From positions 2,061,988 to 2,125,987 of the forward strand of contig CAJFCJ010000005.1 of NCBI GenBank assembly GCA_904063045.1: a stretch of 64,000 nt of DNA, read 5' to 3'. Positions within the stretch are counted from its first letter, which is position 1. Every line of letters starts with the position of its first letter. The DNA comes from Dimorphilus gyrociliatus. Lineage: Eukaryota > Animalia > Annelida. A program made the translations under genes and the position numbers. Below are positions 1 through 12,190 of the stretch, in pieces. Below the pieces are notes generated by a model. That model was not told the origin of the DNA. It saw only the letters and a list, made by a program, of their open reading frames with translations, and did no database searches.

Positions 1-3
1 TCC

Positions 4-3000
4 GTGGCCGAGTTTGACAGGGAGGCCACACCCTTCGTTAGCTTGTCACTCATTTGCAGCGACGTCGCAAATAACAAGGCGACGCATGCAATTAGCGTCG
101 ATGTGCTCGACGTCAACGATTGTTCTCCGAAATTCGAGAAAGATTTCTATAAGAAAACTATCGACGAATCTATTCCGATTGGAATGACCATTCTAACCGT
201 CAAAGCAATTGATAAGGACGAGGGAGAAAATGGTACTGTAAACTACCGACTAACTGGCGAGGGCTCGCATTACTTTTCGATCGATAAGAGCGGACGAATA
301 ATGACTAGAGAAAAATTTGACGTCGATCACGCTAATCAGCGTAATTTAGGTGTTGATCCGTCATCAAATTCTCTGACATTGAGTATTGTAGCGGCCGATA
401 ATGGAAAACCGTCAAGAAATTCAAGTGTCGACCTACATATTCGAATTATCGACGTAGACGACAATCCAGTCGTATTCGATTCCAGTTCTTACGTGTTTCG
501 AATTCAAGAAAATTTCCTTCCTAATAAAGTTCCTCTTGGCCAAGTTAAAGCTAGCGATGCCGATCAAACGTTTAATAAATTTAAGTACACAATGAAGACA
601 AGAGAACTAGAAAACTTATTCTTTGTCGATAGCAAAAGTGGAGAAATAGAGTTGATTAAGAAATTGGATAGAGAAAAATCTGAGAGTTACGTTTTAGTTA
701 TTCTGGCTGAATCATTAGACGGTCCGTCAACAGCTACAACGACCGTAACTGTGAAAGTGTTGGATACTAATGACAATGCTCCAGAGTTTCTTTTTCCTCC
801 AATTGATCATTATAGAATGAAAGTTTTTTCAAGCACCGAGATAGGAACAAAGATAACTAGATTGGAAGCGGAAGATATTGACGGAGAAGAAAACTTCCCA
901 TTAATATTCGAGGCTGTTAGCCAATCCCCCTTTTTCGAAATCACTCACGACGGCTACATAACTGTTAAGGAATCATTAAGCAACCTGATAAACGAAACTG
1001 TAGAATTAAGACTGACGGTTAGAGATTCCGGCACCCCACGACTCCGGTCGAATAGGACGCTGGAACTATCGATAATCGAACGTAACGCTCTACCGTCTCA
1101 ACTCGATCAAAGCTCGAAAAGGAATTTAATAATAGTCATTTGCGTCGCCTCTCTGTCAACAGTCGTCATCATCTTCCTTCTCGCAGCCATACTCAACTTA
1201 CTTAAAAGACGCCGTCATCGCGGAACGCCTAAATTCGATGCGGTACTCAGCATACGTGATAACGACGAGAATAGAGGATTAGGATCGTGTATAATCCATC
1301 AATATCCTAATAGACTGAATCACGATTCATTCTCTACGGATAGTCATCATTCCAACGATGGATTCTTATCGAAGGTAAGACTTAAATTCCTGTGAGACAC
1401 ACACAGCTGTGTGCGTATACTAGTATGTTGAAATCCTTCCAAAGAGGGTAGGCGAGAGGGGTTTTATGTAGAACATGTCCGATTGATCCGATAATATCCT
1501 GTGCCCTATCGAACGCCTGTTTTAACAAAAAACTCCGTTCATCAATCCCCGATAAAGAAACGTTTCCGATCGGAAATAGAAGTCAGATTAGATGATGAGC
1601 CTGACTTTTGTCTTATTAAATCTATAACTTCGGCGTTGCTTTGTTCTTTCAAAAGAGTTAGGAGAGAATTGGATATCGCGTACTTTTTTCTTTCTGTATG
1701 AAAAATGCTTTAGGCCAATAACATAAAAGGGCAACAAGGAGAGAGATCTGCTGTGTCAATATTTCTAAGCCTATATACGGCAGCTTAATGAGCTCTTTTA
1801 ACGCAACTAGCGTGTCAAATAGGCTGACGTCATCCGTTGCGTAACTTCTAAAACGTTCAAGCTGATTGACAACTAGTAGGAGTGAAGTAAAATCAAAAAA
1901 ACGAAGAAAAACCGGCAGGGGAAAAAGAGTTGAACGCGTGCTGGTAATTAATCGAAGTCGATTGTAACAAAGCCCCCCTCCTAATACGTCTGTTTGAAGA
2001 GCAAGCAAGGAAAAATATGTGCCGAATGAACTCGATACTGTTGAGGAAATAAAACGTACGCTATTTATGTACATAAGGACGGTGACGCGCCTCTCGAAAC
2101 TGCAATCTTAAACCAACCAACGAAACCGAAATTAGTTCTGCTGACACACGGCCACGTGTCAAAAAATCTGTCCATTTCCTCTCTTCCTCAAAAAAAAACG
2201 AATTGTAAATTGTATGATTTTTTTTCTTTAAAAAAAAAAGCAAAAGCTGGCAGGGGAGTGGAACGACTACAGCCGGAAATATTGTTGGCATTATTTCATA
2301 AAGAAAAGAGGGAGGGTTGGGCCGGGGGAAGAGAAACGATGAAAAAATGACCTGCGGCGAGTGGGACAGGTGGTTCCTGTGCGCGAACCGTCATTAAGCG
2401 TTAATTTATGTTCGAGTACCGATATCCCCCTATTATAGAGAATATTGTATATATTGAAACGCGTGCCGGATTTTCGCTCTTCTCCATACAATATACCGTG
2501 AAAAGCCGCTCAGTTGTTATGTTTTTCTATAACAATATACACAAAAAAGGGGAGGGGTTAAGAAAAACCCGAAGCATTTGGCACGCGTGTACATCCTATA
2601 CATATTACATGAACAGTTCTGCAAGAGAATAAAGCTGTCACATAGCGTCCTCGGCATGTCTCACTCTCCCCTTATGTTCTTACTACGTAATAACTTGAGA
2701 TATAAGTTGATCACCTCGTTCGGCAGCTGTTCGATCCCGCCTACGTTCGTACCCTACCTCTGCACCTGCAGGCATTTTTCTCTTCTCGCTTTTTTATGCT
2801 GAATTTTCAGCGGGATGCCTACTTTACATATAATTAACCGTTTTCCCAATTCTTCCACCCCTTCCTACAGTTATTCTCGACTATCAAACGTCTTCCGAGT
2901 GTATTTGATGATTATGTAATTATTAACCCTATTACGTTTTATATACCATTTCAATGACAACTTCTTAGCCACTACTCGATTACGTCCTATATTCACGTAT

Positions 3001-4352
3001 TACCTTTAATCAGTCTACCGCTTCCAGGGCTATTTTCACGTACATTTATACCTTCGTTTATAACTATTGCTTACTTTGGAGTTCTTTTTTTTATTGCGGA
3101 AACTCGCCATATATCTAACCTAATTGAGAACTATTGCACATGGACGCTATGACGGTAGCGGCCCTCCTTTCTCATCTCGATAATTTCAGGCGCCGCTGAA
3201 AATTGAGTAAACAAAAAGATAAAAGTGGCCGGGTTGTGGACGTTCGAGGGGTTTTTTTTATTTAAAAAAACTAGCAGCTGCCGACCGTCACGCCGTTTAA
3301 CTTGACAATTTAATAACAAAGCATTCGCAAGCTAACTACTGCCACGAACTCCAGGCGTTCAAACAACCTCCGACCGCCTAAAATGTCAAAATTGTCGACC
3401 TTCTTTTGATGTATTAGTTTTCGTACCATTTCATCCCCTTTTACCTTTTGAATTTTCAATACCTTGACGACGCCAATTCTTTTTTTTCCCTTTATATAGA
3501 CATTTCACCAACAAATTGTTAATTCATTTCAATTTTTTATTAGACGCCTCAGGACAGTCACGAATCGAAAAGTTCAACTGAAAAGTCTAAGCAAGGTAGC
3601 ATAACATCTGAATGGATAGAAAGGCATGCAACAACTTTTGTGGTAAACTTTTTTTGCTCTCTGTCTTTATACTTATCGTCGTGTCACACAAGGCGTCTCT
3701 TTTCCATATCATAGCCCTCTGGCTATCTAGTTTTTGAAGTAATATAAAAAAAAGAAATTTCTATTACAAAAAAGAGGCAAGAATAAAAAAAAGTAGGAGA
3801 AGCACTTGAAATCCAAATAGCTTTGATGCAGAAGTGACAATGATAATTGCGCTCGAGAACCGGCTCAACGTAGATTTAACCTAATCGCTAGTTTCTGTGT
3901 ATTGTTGTCATTCGGCTATTCTAAAGTCTTTTGTTCTCAACTACTTTAAATAGGGCAGCACAAAACCTGCCGAGACAACCTGCGAAGATAACTCATCAGC
4001 CGATTCGGGACATTGTTCAGAGGATACACCTAGAATAAGCGTATCACCGATGAAAGGTAAGATAAATTTTTTAATTAGCATAAGGGAACACGTCTAGACG
4101 ATCTCCTTTATATGGAGACAAAAGCCTGTGTAAAAACATTGAGTTCCTTTTTGTTTTTCCCCAGCCGACAGCATCACGAAAGAGGAAGTACTTCGTCGAA
4201 TGTCGTATAATAAGGAATTTAAGCCGAGTAACGGCATCGATAGTCGAATACTCGGCAGGAAGAGCGTCACTTTTATGCATCCTCTAACAACTTTTGGAAG
4301 GGGGGATCGTAGTTCTGATTCAACATGCACAATCCTTTCTAGTCAGGTCTAA
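4..4352 (+). CDS. Protocadherin (delta-type-like), 5'-truncated. Exons <1-1374, 3954-4056, 4165-4352
   Basis: Cadherin repeats (DVNDCSP, AIDKDEGENG, DVDDNP, DTNDNAP) and a TM segment (LIIVICVASLSTVVIIFLLAAIL). Donor AAG|GTAAGA at 1375. Two downstream exons join in phase (0, then 1), encoding ...DSGH... and ...RKSVTF...SSQV*. Confidence 0.9.
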
Positions 4353-5240
4353 ACTAAGAAAAAAAAGGATTTAAAAAAATAAAGCTCTGTCGAATGAACT
4401 AAAGGCCATTTCTTTGCAAAAAGAGACTAACGTTCTTCTTCTTATTATTATTATTACTATTATAACTTGTACATATTTATGCTTGTTTTTTGTTACGATT
4501 TTTTCATACGTCTTTTTTATATGCATATTTTTGAATGGAAAAAAATGAAAACACAGAAGATGAAACTTTAATGAGAATGTAAAGAAAACAACCTTTTTGG
4601 TTAAAGAAGCTAATAAAATGGTAATAAATAACCTTTAAAACTCCTTCTATTTTGATAATTGCTGTGCAATCTTTTTCTAAAGAACGAAAACGTTTGTTAT
4701 TGAATGAAATACAAAAAGTTTTTTCAGAAAAAAAAATACTTTCCAACGGAGATATAATGTGTTTTTACCCTTATTTATTCTTTTCCTTTATATATTCTAT
4801 AAAGTTTATCATTCAAGATATTCTCTTTTCAAATAGATATACAAATAAATTAGCAGGCAAAAATATCTAAGAATGGAAAACAGAGTTGGGTGGGAAAGTA
4901 AGAAAGAAAGAGAGAGAGAGAGAATGGGAAGCTTGAAGAAAAGTAAAAACTAGGGATAAATAGATAAATTGATAGATAAATGGATGGCTACATAGATGGA
5001 ACAACATAAAAATTTTTTAACTATTCTTTTTGGAAGCGTGCGTTATTGTACGCCTAATTAAACCGATAATTGCATGACAATCAAACGCAACGACGCGGCT
5101 GCTGCAAACACGTGTTGCAGCAAACGAAAATTTTTAACACCACGGTTAGATTTCCTTTAAATTGATGGGGGTACAAATACGAGTTAGGGGTTAGAATAAA
5201 TACCAGCCGAAGGTATTCCATCGAAAGTACTTATTATATA

Positions 5241-5257
5241 TAGCGACATCTATCGGA
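5241..5257 (-). promoter_or_regulatory. CTCF-like motif between the protocadherin and TBC1D 3' ends
   Basis: Reverse strand reads TCCGATAGATGTCGCTA. Confidence 0.4.
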
Positions 5258-5474
5258 CATTTTTCAAAAAAAATGATATTTAGTTTCGTTACTTTATTTG
5301 ATATGTTAAACGTATATTTGTATATATGTATGTATGTATGTTTGTTTGTTTGTTTGCTTGTAGTTTCTTACAACTATCTCCTGTATACAGTAATTCATAA
5401 AAAAAATAGGGAAAAATAATAAATTTCTCAATCAAATAGTAAAAAAATATAAGCTGTACAGAGGAGAGAAAAAA

Positions 5475-5512
<38 letters not shown>
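5475..5512. repeat. (AG)n microsatellite
   Basis: Directly visible. Confidence 0.95.
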
Positions 5513-5517
<5 letters not shown>

Positions 5518-5644
5518 CAGGTAGACGTATAAAGAAATATAGAATAATCACTTTAAAGCATACATTTTTATAGTTTTTCCACACATATTCACGGTCTAGT
5601 TTGTTTGTATGTTTTATATTTTATTTTGTTTAGATGTTTAATAC

Positions 5645-8600
5645 TTAAACTGCAGGTAAATTTGAACTGTCTATCTCGTTAATAGGATGCTCAACGTCAG
5701 ATTTTTTTCTTACAATTTCTTGAACGTGCTTCTCAAGATTTGTTTCTTTATTTAAGTTTAAATTTGAACTTTCGTAGATAATCCTCGATGAAACTGGATT
5801 ATGTATAGGTGAATCAGTAATTGTAGTACTAACGTTTAAATCAGTTCTACCGCCTTCCGATGTTAATTTTATTAATGCGGCTCTTTCCAGTTCTAATTGT
5901 CTAACGTGATTTTTCATCTTTGTTTGCGAATCGTAAACTAATTGTAATTCGTCTTCTAAAGATCTTATACGTCCATTTGCGTTTTGTAATTGTTCTAATA
6001 GTTCTAAATTTTGTGTTTTTAAACTCTTGATTATAGCTTGAGTTTGATGAAGTCTTTCAACACTATCTATTGTATTATCTTCATCACCTTCTTTCGAAGG
6101 ACGGGATAATAACTCTTCTTGAAGCACATGGAATTCTATCTCATAACCATGTAATTGGCGTGCAATGTCCATTTCGAACGTCTGATTAAAAACCCTTTCC
6201 ATTTGTATAATTCCCATCTCAGGTAGAGTAGTTTTAAGGAATTCAACTATAGTTTCAAGACTATTACATTGTTTTATTAATTCCCTGTGACTTCCGAGTA
6301 GTATTATGGCTACTTTAAGAACAACATCACGGCCTTCATGAAGTATTAAATCGAAAACTCGTGCAACAAAGCCTAATGGAAATTGAGAAGCGAAGAGAGT
6401 TAGAAACCAAGGGGCTGCGTAGAGTGCGGGAGCAATTTGATGTTTTTCCAAGTGTTCGTGCAAGTCGGGGTGCATATCGTGCAGAAGACGAGATAACTGG
6501 TACATTTGACTTTGTAATGCCATCATATCAGGTCTATATTGCCTCCTGAATCCCATATTGAACATAAGATATCGAAAAGTATCAAAAGCATCTTCCTCAT
6601 CCATATGCATAAGTAAAACGCCAGCAACAAAACTTAAACCTTGGCAATAACCTACCTCTTTATCTAAAAGAGAATAGGCCTTAAGTATATTAAACAAAGC
6701 CAGTTGACCGGTGCCTAAATTCTTTGAGAAATACGGATGAGCGGGAAACGTCCGTCCTAAATCGATAAGAATAGAATGTTGGTGGGTAGTAAGCTCTTTT
6801 AATAAATCATAATAAGGTGTATTCATCGCCCAGGATGATTCAATTTCATTGTCTGTTATAGAGGATCGTCCTTGTAGTTTGTTCTGACTGACGAGTAATT
6901 GCCAAATATCGCCACGTAATTTGCGAGGGACCCCTATGTAAATGAAAGAATAAATAAAACTAAGAACTACAAAGTAAAGCAGAAAGATTCAATCAAATAA
7001 CAGGCCTATTAACTACATATGCCTGTTTACATGTAGGCTATAAATAATATAATAATATATATAATGCGTGTATATTTACCGTCCCTAACAGCTTTTAGTA
7101 AAATGTTTCTAGCTATAGGCTTATCCTTTGGGAAGCTAAGCATAGCCGTCCATTCTTTTGTTACTTCCTTTAAGCATGGTGTGATCTCGTCATAATCCAA
7201 TTTAAGCCGTTTAGCTTCAGCGGCATCCTGATGAGCTGTGTATTAAAAATATACAAAAAAAAGAAAACAAATAGCACACTTGTTAAAATCATAACAAAGA
7301 GAGGGATAGATAGATATAAATAGAGAGAGAAAGAGAGAAAGAAAAACAACACAACTATATACTGTATAAATGAACGCTTTTCCGTTTAATATTAATAAAT
7401 ATCCTTCATAAAAACGAAAACAGAATAAAAAACGCAAAAATCGTAGAGAAACAAAAAATAAAGAAAAATTATTATAGAAAATATAATAAATATTACAGAA
7501 TAATTCGACGACTGAAGGATGAAATTCGTCTTTATATAACGATTCAATAGTTGTTTTCAATTTTGTAAAAATTATATTCAAATTAATACGTTTTCTCCTA
7601 ATAATTCTTCCAGTATTGACTATTCGTATACCTAGGTATTCTGAATCCATTGAATGAAAGACTTTATAATTAATGTAACACATGTTCAAAAATTGCTAAA
7701 AACATTCTTTTTTTTTTATTTTTTTGTTTTTTTAACCAATGGATAAATGATGTAAAAGATATTTCTATATTCTAAATTTTTGTACGAATATCAACTAATC
7801 CCTTTCTGAATTTTTATGATTATACATAGCCTTAAGAATTATGTCAACTTTCCTCTCGTTTTTACCGTTTTTTGTTAACATTTAGTTGAGGATTATACGG
7901 TATATAAAGACTATCACCTGTTTCTATATGTCGAAAGTCTTGTTGAATTTCTTCGCATTGTGGACAATGACCATCTCCAAGATATACAATAATTCCTTCA
8001 CTATTGCTTAATAATAAAGGCTTACTCTCTTCGGTTAAATCGTTTAATGATCCAGAATTGGATTTTATAACCCTTCTATCTCTATAACTCGAAATTAATT
8101 CGGAATCTGTAGAGCATTTTCTAAGTAGTACGCAATCGTCGATAGAACTTTTCCTCCTTAACAAAGGTTTGCGTTCTTCTTCGTTTTTCTTTTCATCTAA
8201 TTGCTCGCTAAATACAGGTGACAAAGAAACAATTCTTATTGCGTTTGTAAATGCTGTCATCCATTTTGATGAATTGGCAAATGACGTCTCCATTCGTATA
8301 GCATTCCAGCTCAAGAAACGAACGATAAATAGAAAAGAACACCATAGAAAATGCTTTATAGATTTTTCCAATATTACACAGCTGTGCATTTGTGTGCACT
8401 AAATATATACATTTATGGAAGAGAATTGCAGGCAGGCCTATAGTACCCCTATGCTAGCAAGTTGTTTTTTTTTCCCTATTCATTCGTACAACAAGATACG
8501 CTTACGTTTTGACACATGTCAATTGATATATGCATATACTAATATATAGTGTATATATACATATAAACAATACTTGTACATATAAAATTTTATAGCATTG

Positions 8601-11600
8601 CGTACAATATACAGTTTATCAATACGCATATATATACATATAGTATATACGTTCAGACATTGTATGTAAACTATATACAATATATCATATATATATATGC
8701 GCTGTTCAAATGTAAATGATGATTAATTGACTAAACACTTACCGCTAATTATATTATTTTGTTTTTCCATTCGTATCCACAATAAAGTTTCTAATATCGC
8801 CTTTTTGTTTAAAATAATTAAATAAGAAAATTAAAAAATTTGCTTTCATTAATTAATTAATAAAAAACTTTTCTCGCACTTTTCTCCATCTTTTTCTCGC
8901 TCGTCTACTCGCATTTAATTCATTACCAATCGACAATTTCTCCACAGAACAATCATCTATAAAACAAACATAGGAAAGTGATATGATGAAACACTTTTAT
9001 TGAAAAGTTATATACTGAATATGTATATATAGTATATATACAGATATATATATATACTATAGATATTCAATCGATTAAGCCTAAGTAATATACAAATAAA
9101 AGTACATGGACTTTTAGTATTTGAAAGCATCTATGCCATATTATACTTTGCATTCTAACCATTTAAACTAAAACTATCACGTGATTAGAACAAATTACTT
9201 TTAAATTAGTGACGGTTTCTTTTTTTATAAAATTACTGAATAAATTAACTAAGTAAAAGAAAGAAAACACAAAACAAACAAACAAACAAAAAAAAGTTAG
9301 ATACCTTCTTTACACAGATTTGGTAATGTAACTGGTGTAACTACCGTCTGTAGAATACTAGTTCTCCAAGCCCTCTTTGAAGAGCTTGAAAACATAAAAT
9401 GGTTACCATTAGCAACAACCGGCGTTGTTGGTTGTGACATGGCTCGTGTTATGCTATCAGGGGAAATTCCTTTTTCAGTGTCAATCTTTCATAAGTGATA
9501 TCATTAATCTAATTAAGACGAAAAGTAACTTACAGTAACTTATTCGGCCTAAAAGTAGATCTACTCTTTAGAGTATTCCTATAAGAAAAGAAGAAAGAAG
9601 AAGAGAAGAAGAAAGTAGAAATGAAAAAAAAAAGTATATTTACTTACGATTTAGTCGAAATTTCGTCTTCAGAGCCGTCACTTTTATCCTCTGTATCACT
9701 TGCAATAATCCTACGGCCAAATCGATAGGGAAGAGTTCTACAACGTCGAACCATAATATCCGGCGAAGTATTCAAAAAACTTGGACGAGGTCTTAGATTT
9801 GCCGTTGGCTTAGATGGTGTTTTGTCCTCACTTTCATCAGATATTGAACGTTTTCGAACGCTTCCGAAGCTACTATCAAGTTCGTCTGAGTTTTCATTTC
9901 GATCGAATAGTTGAAATGGCTACAAATAAAGGAAGGAAAAAAAAGAGAGAAAAATGACGAAAATTTAATATCTCCATCAATAATAGGAAGAGAAAAAACT
10001 GGGGCAATTGAGCCTCTATTCTTTCAATATATTATGTTTTATTCATACTTTAGGTGGGCTTGTATCAGTAATATTATCAAGATTTTCGTGTAAATGACTT
10101 TTTTGTTTTTCCTCAACAAGATCCTTAATTAATGAAATAAGAACCGTCAAACGATGCTTCTCGTCCAAACTATTAGAGTTCTGTTTACGAATAATTTTCA
10201 ATAATTTATACAATACATACATTTCCCATTCGACGGATAAAAAAATATAAAAGAAAAGAGACATAAACTAACCTTTAATTTAGTTTGTATAGTACTCTGT
10301 TCAATTTTACTTAATCCATTTATTATCTTTGTTAGTACAATTGATATTTCCTCTTGATTTCGTCCTTTATATATATTTTTATATGCGTTTAATTAATAAG
10401 TAATTAAATTATTGATTGAATATTAATATTATTTTCTTAATTAATACCTTGTAATAAATTACAATATTGCCCAAATCGATATATGGGACATCTAGTACAT
10501 ATATCGTTATTCTTTCTCCTCGACGATTCGTAAGCATTTTTAAACGCTCTTTGTAGTAAAGCCATTATATCTGTTACCTAAAAATATTAATATAAAATAC
10601 TATAATACTATTAATTTTATATCAATATCATATTACTTACATTTTTTGCAGTAGCACATTGGAATACGTACATACATAATTTTAAATTTTGCGGTACTCT
10701 TGCAACAATTCCAAAATGGTTATCATTAATTTTACCCTAAAAAATTTACATAAACCGTTTACTAAAAATAGAAATAAAAAATGTTTTTATCACGTTTATT
10801 TACCTGTGTACAATGAGCTATATCTTTAAATTTTCTATTAAATTGTGCAATATTTCTATGAAGGTTAATACAACAGATTTGATCGTGTTGTATCTGAAAA
10901 AGCATAGTCATTGGTTTCCTACAATCGTTCATTTCAGACGATTGTATATCATCTATAATAATAAAAAAAAGTAATAAAAAAATTGATAGAAATATATGAT
11001 TAATATAGTTTATGGATATATTTTTTTAAATGGATTAACTAAAGAAAAGTAATTAGATATTGTTATATAGTATTTTTTATAAAACCTTTACTCTCATTTC
11101 CACTATCGAATGACGAATCAAATAGGTCTGATGCATTTGATATATTATTGCGTTTTAAGTTTATAAATTCATCCAGATATTCACTACTAATATTCTTTGT
11201 CTCCAAAGGATCCTTTCCTATAATATATAGAATGTTTTATTTCAATATAGATATAAATATGTTAGAGTATTTTATTAACCGACGAATAGTACTTCGTTAA
11301 CATGTCCTGGAAGAGGTTCAACTATTACTTTGTAATCTTGTTCAAATCTAGTTCCATCACCCAAAATTGATGTTATTTCTTTAATCTGTTTCATATTAGC
11401 AGATTATTTTGTTTGTTAAACAATAAATCTGTCAAAATACAAAAAAAATATTCAATTTATCTTAATACTCACCATTTGCGGTTTAGGTAATTTACATATA
11501 TAACAATCAGAATCTGCATCGTTAAACGCCACAATAAAGGCAACAGTCGTTTCTTCGTTTGGTACTTTTTCGAAATAGACATCTTTTAATCCATATTCAT

Positions 11601-11871
11601 ACATAAATTGTTCTTTCGTATCCAATAATCGAACACTATTCTTGGTAAAATGAATACTTATCTTTGAAGTTTCATCATTCCGAAGACTAAGTTCACCGGC
11701 TATCCAATATAGGATAGATTTTAGGGGATAATGCTTTGATAGTGATGTTTTTCCAATATATTCGATATCATTAAAGGCCTGTATCACTTCAACATGATCC
11801 TTAAGACGGTCGGTACTGCCCACTAAACTAAAAAGTTTTCGTCTTCGTTGAGCTTTTATAATTTCTAACAT
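5645..11871 (-). CDS. TBC1D4: TBC1D1/TBC1D4 (AS160/pollux)-like Rab-GAP: PTB domain(s) + TBC domain + coiled coil, multi-exon
   Basis: N-terminal PTB-like exon (11452-11871). Family motifs AWRTSILQTVVTP, AILETLLWIRMEKQN and RLKLDYDEITPC. TBC catalytic fingers ILIDLGRTFP and GYCQG in ORF 5645-6826. Confidence 0.9.
7918..8389 (-). CDS. Candidate alternative first exon of the TBC1D1/4 gene, inside the intron 7228-8742
   Basis: 175-aa stop-free ORF. Internal donor CAG|GTGATA (exon end 7918) is phase 1, matching the phase-1 acceptor of the exon starting near 7227. Confidence 0.5.
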
Positions 11872-12190
11872 AGTTTACGATTACTAATTAAGATTATTCT
11901 TAGAAAAATTCCTTAGCTGTACTTCTTCAACTTAAAAGGCTATTATTAGAATGTATTTAAGGAAAACTCCTAAAAGATTTTGCCACGGCGCCAACAGTTT
12001 CGTATTTATTTTAGCAATATATGACATTACTCAAAATAATTTAGATTATTTTATTATTATGATTATTAAATGTTAAATTAACATATGAAAAAATAATACA
12101 AAGGAACTTTCAACTTTATACGAAAACAACTTAACGAAATAGCAGACGACTGACCCTTATTTGCATAGCCGCCGCAACACCAGAAAGAAT

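Noticed and set aside
1501-3319. Short ORFs on both strands in the protocadherin intron
   Set aside because: Low-complexity or poly-A/T-driven, mostly non-ATG starts, no motifs and no consistent splice phases.
7243-7689. 148-aa minus-strand ORF in the TBC1D intron
   Set aside because: Its second half is a polypyrimidine/(CT)n-derived F/L/S run, and I found no convincing phase-compatible splice sites.
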